Shown here: positions 58,697 to 64,000 of the stretch, piece after piece
Layout: each line of letters opens with the position of its first letter
How positions within the stretch are numbered: the first letter of the stretch is position 1
Virus record (IMG/VR): IMGVR_UViG_3300034107_000314
Location: 1-64,000 of that record
Strand: one strand, 5' to 3'
DNA from: a virus
Length of the DNA stretch: 64,000 nt
Made by a program: the position numbers and the translations under genes
The notes under the pieces: model-generated
What the model was told of the DNA's origin: nothing
Databases searched by the model: none
What the model saw: only the letters and a program-made list of their open reading frames with translations

Positions 58697-59132
58697 TTTC
58701 AATTTCCTTTAGTCTCTGCAATAGTGTTTTACTTCCAAAAGATTGTCTAGGAGTGTAGATAGACTCCTTCACTTCTATTATCTCAATTGTATCATGCTTT
58801 GGAGCATTGTCAAGATCAATTCTTATTTTCTGTAAAGAACTTTTGACATTCCTAGCCCCCAAAGAGATGGTTTTAATACCCTCTCTGGAGTTAATAAATT
58901 TCATCATTGCGTCTTCGCCAAACTCTTTTATCAGCTTATTAGCTAATCCGATTTGACGAATATATATACTTTTCCATTTACCTTTATTCCAAAATTTATA
59001 AGGTAATGTGCCAGCCTTTTCATGCTTTGCTTGTCTTTGACAAATAACCTCAGCTACGTACTGAGCAGGAGTGCAAAAATCCCCGGTAGACGGGGATTTA
59101 TATTTACTTAAGTCTGTTCTTTGCTTTGACAT
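58686..59132 (-). CDS. Hypothetical protein
   Basis: 148-aa ORF in the operon. Confidence 0.65.
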   Translation of the reverse strand: MSKQRTDLSKYKSPSTGDFCTPAQYVAEVICQRQAKHEKAGTLPYKFWNKGKWKSIYIRQIGLANKLIKEFGEDAMMKFINSREGIKTISLGARNVKSSLQKIRIDLDNAPKHDTIEIIEVKESIYTPRQSFGSKTLLQRLKEIENGD

Positions 59133-59599
59133 TTACAATTTTCTTTACATCTTTTTTTTTGTTTGTACATAAGATTATCATTTTCTAAAGTGAGTTCTCT
59201 TATTTCTTCGTTTTGTGCCAATGCAAATTCTGGCCAATGAAACTTTTTAACATGTATTTTATTGTCATCTTTTAGAATTCCAAAACACATGTATTTATAT
59301 GTCATAGTATCATTATTTGTAATATCCTTAGATATACCTCTTGATATAAAAAAGTTATCTAAACCATTTTTATCTTCAAAAATAGTTTCTTCTGGCATAC
59401 CGGGGCATATTACTTTAACTTCAGTGATGTTTAAATTATTATTATGACAATATATTTTGAGCCTTGTCCAAGGATCTTTTTGATCTTCTATGTCAAAATC
59501 AGATATTGCTGAATTGCCATCACTCAATATACATCTCCATAGTATTTCGCCACTATGTAGTAATTTTATTGTATGTTGATTATAAGATGTACAGATCAT
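59108..59599 (-). CDS. Hypothetical protein
   Basis: 163-aa ORF in the operon. Confidence 0.65.
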   Translation of the reverse strand: MICTSYNQHTIKLLHSGEILWRCILSDGNSAISDFDIEDQKDPWTRLKIYCHNNNLNITEVKVICPGMPEETIFEDKNGLDNFFISRGISKDITNNDTMTYKYMCFGILKDDNKIHVKKFHWPEFALAQNEEIRELTLENDNLMYKQKKRCKENCKCQSKEQT

Positions 59600-59823
59600 T
59601 TATCATCTCTAATTTTATGGATATATGATACATTTTTCTGAGCTGCATCTGATCGTCTTTTTGCAGCAGTTTCATCTGCTCTCATTGACGCTTCTTGTGT
59701 CATAGCGATAAAAGCTGTATCCTTCTTTTTGGCAAATACTTCAAAAGTAGTAGGCGATGGAGATTGTACTACGTTTTCTTGTTTTTGCTTTGGCTCATTT
59801 ACTGGTACTTTTTTCTTTGCCAT
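59596..59823 (-). CDS. Small basic hypothetical protein
   Basis: 75 aa, translationally coupled. Confidence 0.6.
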   Translation of the reverse strand: MAKKKVPVNEPKQKQENVVQSPSPTTFEVFAKKKDTAFIAMTQEASMRADETAAKRRSDAAQKNVSYIHKIRDDK

Positions 59824-59824
59824 T

Positions 59825-60184
59825 TTAAAATCCTTTATTAATGAATGCTCGTCGAGCTTGTGTTAAAAAAATCTCTCTTCGACTTCTCAAGTATTGAATA
59901 TAATTTTCAAAAATGCTTTTATCTACTTTTTTAAACTGGAAATTGTAAGCATTTATTTTATTCATATCCATTCCATATGGATCGAACAATTCTCCTCTAC
60001 CATGTTTCACGTAGTATATATGTGTAAACTTTTCATTTTCTTTATTGTGCAGCGTAACTGTTTTAGCTACAGCTTTATTCTCATCATCATCTACATAACC
60101 AGTTTTATCTATGTATGCGACTTCAACTAGATCTTCTTCTGGGATAGATAATCCATTAAGATTTTCATTTTCATTTCTTGCCAT
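59825..60184 (-). CDS. Hypothetical protein
   Basis: TAATG overlap gives the start MARNE at 60184. Confidence 0.65.
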   Translation of the reverse strand: MARNENENLNGLSIPEEDLVEVAYIDKTGYVDDDENKAVAKTVTLHNKENEKFTHIYYVKHGRGELFDPYGMDMNKINAYNFQFKKVDKSIFENYIQYLRSRREIFLTQARRAFINKGF

Positions 60185-60417
60185 TATGTTCCACTCAACC
60201 CTTCCAATTTTTCTTTGACCTTCTGTACGCAATTCCACTTATCAAATCCAACTACATGGATTTCTCCATTGTCAGCCATTTTATATTCTTCAAATAAATC
60301 ATCGCAATCAATTTCCATTGGATCATAGCTACCGTCTGGTAACATTCTATATATATAGATTTTGAATTTTAATACACCCATATGTGGACCGATGTTTATT
60401 TTTTGTCTATTTATCAT
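60184..60417 (-). CDS. Hypothetical protein
   Basis: 77 aa, coupled. Confidence 0.6.
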   Translation of the reverse strand: MINRQKINIGPHMGVLKFKIYIYRMLPDGSYDPMEIDCDDLFEEYKMADNGEIHVVGFDKWNCVQKVKEKLEGLSGT

Positions 60418-60755
60418 AGTTTTCCCGTTTCTATGTATTTAGCTTTTTTTTCTGGAGTTAAATTTGATATTTTTTTCAAATCTTGTCTTTCTTGACGTTT
60501 GTTTAATTTGTCTACTGTCCCATCTTTTGCCATCTTGTCCTCTAATCCGTATCGTCCAAGAGCTTTGGCGTTCTTTTCAGCCAACTGTCCAAGCGTCTTG
60601 ACTTCCTTATTTATTATAACGGGAGGTCCATCTAAAACAACTGACAATCCTTCAAGTTTGCAAAAAGGACATTGTTTTTTCAATGGCTCTTTAATGCTGT
60701 GAAATTGCTCAAATTCTTCTTTGCATTCTGAACACATATAATGATATGTCGGCAT
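60414..60755 (-). CDS. FmdB-family zinc-ribbon protein
   Basis: MPTY.Y.C..C...FE........P...CP.C. Confidence 0.85.
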   Translation of the reverse strand: MPTYHYMCSECKEEFEQFHSIKEPLKKQCPFCKLEGLSVVLDGPPVIINKEVKTLGQLAEKNAKALGRYGLEDKMAKDGTVDKLNKRQERQDLKKISNLTPEKKAKYIETGKL

Positions 60756-60756
60756 A

Positions 60757-61020
60757 TTATTCCTCTAATAAATATTCATTTGGATCATATTGTCTATATT
60801 CGTCCCCACTCCATACTAAGAATGTTCTGTAACTTTCTCTATATGCTATCTTTTCACTCTCAGATAAATCCGATCCAGATAATAATAATTCATAAAATTC
60901 TATAAATTCATCATTAATAAATAATGATTCCTGCTGTACGCTAGATTTTTTAGTGTCATAATATACTATGGAGCCAATTAAGGCTCCACAGATTATAATT
61001 ATTGGTAATATCTTCTTCAC
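60757..61020 (-). CDS. Small N-terminally anchored membrane/secreted protein
   Basis: MKKILPIIIICGALIGSIVYY. Confidence 0.6.
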   Translation of the reverse strand: MKKILPIIIICGALIGSIVYYDTKKSSVQQESLFINDEFIEFYELLLSGSDLSESEKIAYRESYRTFLVWSGDEYRQYDPNEYLLEE

Positions 61021-61706
61021 TTCAATCTTTCTAATATCCTTCCAATGATTTTATTTCTAACAATATCACTAGCTTCTAGGGCGCATATACCAACGCCATC
61101 TAGATTTTCTAGTTTATGGCTGACGCTTTCTAATCCCCCTCTAATGCTCATTGGAAGATCTGATTGGTCTGCATCTCCGTTGATTACTGCGCGTGAATGT
61201 ATGCCAATTCTTGTTATAAACATTTTTATCTGCTCAAATGTAGCATTTTGAGCTTCGTCAAGTATCATAAAACAATCATGAAAATTTCTTCCTCTCATAT
61301 ATTCGAGTGGACACATTTCAATAATATCGCCATCTCTAAATTTTTTCACCATGTCTCTACCGAGATAGGCATTCATCTCTTCAATGATGGGTACGAGATA
61401 AGGTTGGATTTTTTCATCTTTATTTCCCGGTAAAAATCCTAATCCTCTTCCCGCTTCAACCGTAGGACGTGTGATAATTATCTTTGAAATTTTTTGATCT
61501 AAAAGCCAACTGCAAGCTAAGCCGACCGCAACAGATGATTTACCAGATCCTGCTGGCCCAGTACATATAGTAACATCGTTTTCTACCATTGATATAATGT
61601 AGTTTTCTTGATTAAGGCTCTTCGGTTGAAGAACTTTACGATGTGGATTGATAACAGCGGTTGTTTTTGCTTTGTTAGCTTCTTTTCTCATTCTTGATCT
61701 TGACAT
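61017..61706 (-). CDS. phoH: PhoH-like ATPase
   Basis: GPAGSGKS, TRP.VE.G..LGFLPG, PL.YMRGR, ILDEAQN, TRIG, GD..QSDL, DIVR. Confidence 0.95.
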   Translation of the reverse strand: MSRSRMRKEANKAKTTAVINPHRKVLQPKSLNQENYIISMVENDVTICTGPAGSGKSSVAVGLACSWLLDQKISKIIITRPTVEAGRGLGFLPGNKDEKIQPYLVPIIEEMNAYLGRDMVKKFRDGDIIEMCPLEYMRGRNFHDCFMILDEAQNATFEQIKMFITRIGIHSRAVINGDADQSDLPMSIRGGLESVSHKLENLDGVGICALEASDIVRNKIIGRILERLK

Positions 61707-61736
61707 GTTTGTTCTCCCTGTGATTATCTAAAATCA

Positions 61737-62852
61737 TTAACCACTGGATATGTTAAATTCACTTGAAGTATTTTTGTAAGTATATCTGTATATTGAATAA
61801 CTGCTTTGACCTGCGTCCCCGCCACTCCTTTCTCTGCTTACTAAGAAATTGTTAGTACCCAAATCTATTTTTAGTTTATTATTAATTCCTAATACTATAC
61901 CAGTAGAAGTCAATGTCTCATATACTGACCTGAAAACATCAGCAACATTGCCTGAGCTTTTTATATACACTCCTGATACGAAGCTTTCTAAAAATTCATT
62001 CAAGCTATCTTCATTAGGATATAGACTTGTTATTGGTATACCTGTATTATAAATCCCACTATGATCAATTCCTTTATAATACCCTGTCTCTTGTAATATA
62101 TTACCAGTTTGTACAGGTATAAAACCTCTGTCGATAATTTCAAAAGAGCATGATATATCAAATGGATATTTTATATATTTATTAGCAACTGTAAGGAATC
62201 TACCATATGATGGAATTTCACCGTAATCAAATCCTATATTTACTTCGGCAGACAGTAAACCATGACCACTTGCCATATGTGCTGCTACTTCTGGAGGCAC
62301 TCCGCTCAAAAAGAAGTCTTTCCTTTTGCTCGTAGTTCCAGTAATAGGCACTATTCCAATTTCTGTTGGAACGATTGCTGTTGGAGGTATTCCACTGCAT
62401 TCTAATGAATGGCCTTGAAAATTTACATCTTCTGTAAAAAAATTATCAGTACCAAATTTATAATTAATTGATGTTAATAATAAATCTTTTAACTCCATTC
62501 CACTTGGATATTGGTTAAATCCATTACTATAATTATACATAACTACCCAGCCTGAACACGGGGAGATTATTAGTCCCCCCGAAGGCAGTATACCAGATGT
62601 TTTACTATTGTATATAACACCTGTATTCAAAACTATAGATGGTGAATCACTCGATATAAATTTAGTGAGACTGACTTCTACATTTGATTTTTTGTAAATA
62701 TTTTTAGCTGCAAATGGATTACCCCAAGTTGGAATTGTAGATACGTCAAAAGTTTGATTTACTGATAAATTTTGAACACCAGATATTTCTACTGTGTTTA
62801 ATTTAAAAGTATGTAAATCATATCTTATTAATACTGGGGCATTGTTGTTCAT
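61737..62852 (-). CDS. Tail tube protein paralogue
   Basis: Aligns by eye to 6567..7610: SGVQNLSVNQTF / KGVQSVGITTNF and LKIDLGTNNFLVS...SGGDAG / LKIELGSQNKLTS...TGGDAG. Confidence 0.7.
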   Translation of the reverse strand: MNNNAPVLIRYDLHTFKLNTVEISGVQNLSVNQTFDVSTIPTWGNPFAAKNIYKKSNVEVSLTKFISSDSPSIVLNTGVIYNSKTSGILPSGGLIISPCSGWVVMYNYSNGFNQYPSGMELKDLLLTSINYKFGTDNFFTEDVNFQGHSLECSGIPPTAIVPTEIGIVPITGTTSKRKDFFLSGVPPEVAAHMASGHGLLSAEVNIGFDYGEIPSYGRFLTVANKYIKYPFDISCSFEIIDRGFIPVQTGNILQETGYYKGIDHSGIYNTGIPITSLYPNEDSLNEFLESFVSGVYIKSSGNVADVFRSVYETLTSTGIVLGINNKLKIDLGTNNFLVSRERSGGDAGQSSYSIYRYTYKNTSSEFNISSG

Positions 62853-63430
62853 TGTATTTCACAAGCTCCACCAGAGTTATTTTTTTTACTATGATTCGAT
62901 ATTAAAATACACATTTCAATAAAATAATTTTCATCATATGTTCTTTTCATCATATTTATATCCTTGTGAACCCATTGTACATTATTTTCAGTATAACCAA
63001 TAGAACTATCTATTCTATCCAGTGAAGCCGTATGATTTGACTGCTCGTTATATTTTATAATTATATCTTGTCCTGATAATGCGCATTTTTTACCCTGTTT
63101 TAAAAAAAGATTCCAAGCATATTCTATTGTTATTGTAAAATCAACACTTCTTCTGCTTCCTCTTTTTCTTCCGCCAGCACCTCTTTTGATAGAGTCCCAA
63201 TAATCTCCACTAATATCTCCAAATCCTTTCCATTGATGATGGTGATTTCCTTTGGGGGCGCATTTTGAACATCTTTTACTTTGCCCTTGTATTAAATGAG
63301 TAGAATATACATCTCTAATATTACCGCATTCACAAATACATCTCCACACCGTATGATTTCTATTAGTTTGTACTCTTTGCTGTACAGTCCATTTTCCGAA
63401 TTTTTCACCAGTCAGATCTTTTAACTTCAT
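62849..63430 (-). CDS. HNH-type homing endonuclease
   Basis: DLTG.KFG.WTV...W.C.C.CG N-terminal domain; Q..KCALSG...SLDRIDS..GY...NVQWV....N.MK. Confidence 0.88.
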   Translation of the reverse strand: MKLKDLTGEKFGKWTVQQRVQTNRNHTVWRCICECGNIRDVYSTHLIQGQSKRCSKCAPKGNHHHQWKGFGDISGDYWDSIKRGAGGRKRGSRRSVDFTITIEYAWNLFLKQGKKCALSGQDIIIKYNEQSNHTASLDRIDSSIGYTENNVQWVHKDINMMKRTYDENYFIEMCILISNHSKKNNSGGACEIQ

Positions 63431-63527
63431 TTTACACTCCTGTTTTATATCAATATAATCACATTATATTATACACAAAACAGGAGGCAAATGTGATTAA
63501 TTAAACTAATTCGCAGCCACCAGAAGT
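62876..63527 (-). mobile_element. Free-standing HNH insertion in the last codons of the RNR gene
   Basis: Removing it restores ...ALAC-SGGACEIQ*; the 8-bp repeat TCTGGTGG occurs near both junctions. Confidence 0.7.
63437..63486 (-). promoter_or_regulatory. RBS-sequestering hairpin with embedded late promoter motif
   Basis: CTCCTGTTTT GTGT A TAATATAAT GTG ATTATATTG ATAT AAAACAGGAG: ~23-bp stem hiding the AGGAG SD; TGTGTA-N5-TAAT lies in the 5' arm. Confidence 0.8.
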
Positions 63528-63998
63528 ACAAGCAAGAGCCTGTTCTAGTTGTGTGTCATCATATATCTCTTCTACAACTGTATAGTCCACTTCTTTGTAC
63601 TCCCGTTTGAGTTCTGTCCATAGTTTGAAGTTATAAATATCCTTCATGCAATATGTAAGCTCTTTAATATCACCTTCAAAATACTTATTAGCAAATTTCT
63701 TGCATCTCTCTACCCATTCGACTTTCGCTTTTCCTTTGATTGGACTTCCAAGACCAGAAATGCTATCACACGCTGCCCAAAGATTATCTTCCCATAAATT
63801 AAGAGCTACTTCGATCAAACCACTTACAAACATAACTCCTTCACCATAATGAGATATCATCTCACTAGGTAAATACACAGCCGTGAATGGGGCTTGTGGA
63901 TAATCTTTATCTCCAGTCACTGGAAGTAAAGAAATGCCGCAGAAGAATTCTCTATTAGCATAGATAAAATCCTCTACTTCATTCCATTCATCGGGCTT
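63501..63998 (-). CDS. nrdJ: Ribonucleotide reductase, class II (B12-dependent RTPR-like), 3' part
   Basis: EW..V..FIY.N.....GISLLP....Y.QAPF and C-terminal ACTSGGCE; frame is open to the window end. Confidence 0.82.
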   Translation of the reverse strand, partial: KPDEWNEVEDFIYANREFFCGISLLPVTGDKDYPQAPFTAVYLPSEMISHYGEGVMFVSGLIEVALNLWEDNLWAACDSISGLGSPIKGKAKVEWVERCKKFANKYFEGDIKELTYCMKDIYNFKLWTELKREYKEVDYTVVEEIYDDTQLEQALACTSGGCELV

Positions 63999-64000
63999 AA

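Noticed and set aside
62876-63527. Group I intron in nrdJ
   Set aside because: Only ~70 nt is non-coding and it is explained by the hairpin; there is no terminal G at the inferred 3' junction, and RNR is already complete without splicing.

Overview
AT-rich fragment of a large tailed-phage genome, probably siphovirus-like because no tail sheath gene is seen. It has two converging arms that meet at a bidirectional terminator (~37893-37925). The + arm (1-37798) is a late morphogenesis module: collagen-like fibre, delta-60 beta-propeller, neck and tail-completion genes, major tail tube, two paralogous tail chaperones, a 2997-aa tape measure protein and Cys-rich tail-tip proteins. The - arm (37997-64000) is replication and metabolism: class II RNR 3' end, HNH endonuclease, a second tail-tube paralogue, PhoH, RecA, dUTPase, DnaB, DnaG, dNMP kinase, Cas4-like nuclease, an intein-less split DnaE flanking a DnaQ, SSB, an 8-gene glycosyl/nucleotidyl/methyl-transferase-like cluster and a Rad52-like annealase. 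Main leads: (1) a candidate virion O-glycosylation system (GT cluster, Ser/Thr-Gly enrichment in virion proteins, Gly-X-Thr collagen); (2) a tape measure protein with four copies of a DTVPAMLTPGEFV module bracketing cargo-like inserts; (3) an HNH element that rebuilt the RNR C-terminus and is gated by an RBS-sequestering hairpin containing a late-promoter motif; (4) split DnaE without an intein; (5) tail chaperone duplication apparently replacing the G/GT frameshift; (6) a kissing-loop RNA at the arm junction. All calls come from motif recognition by eye; no database searches were run.
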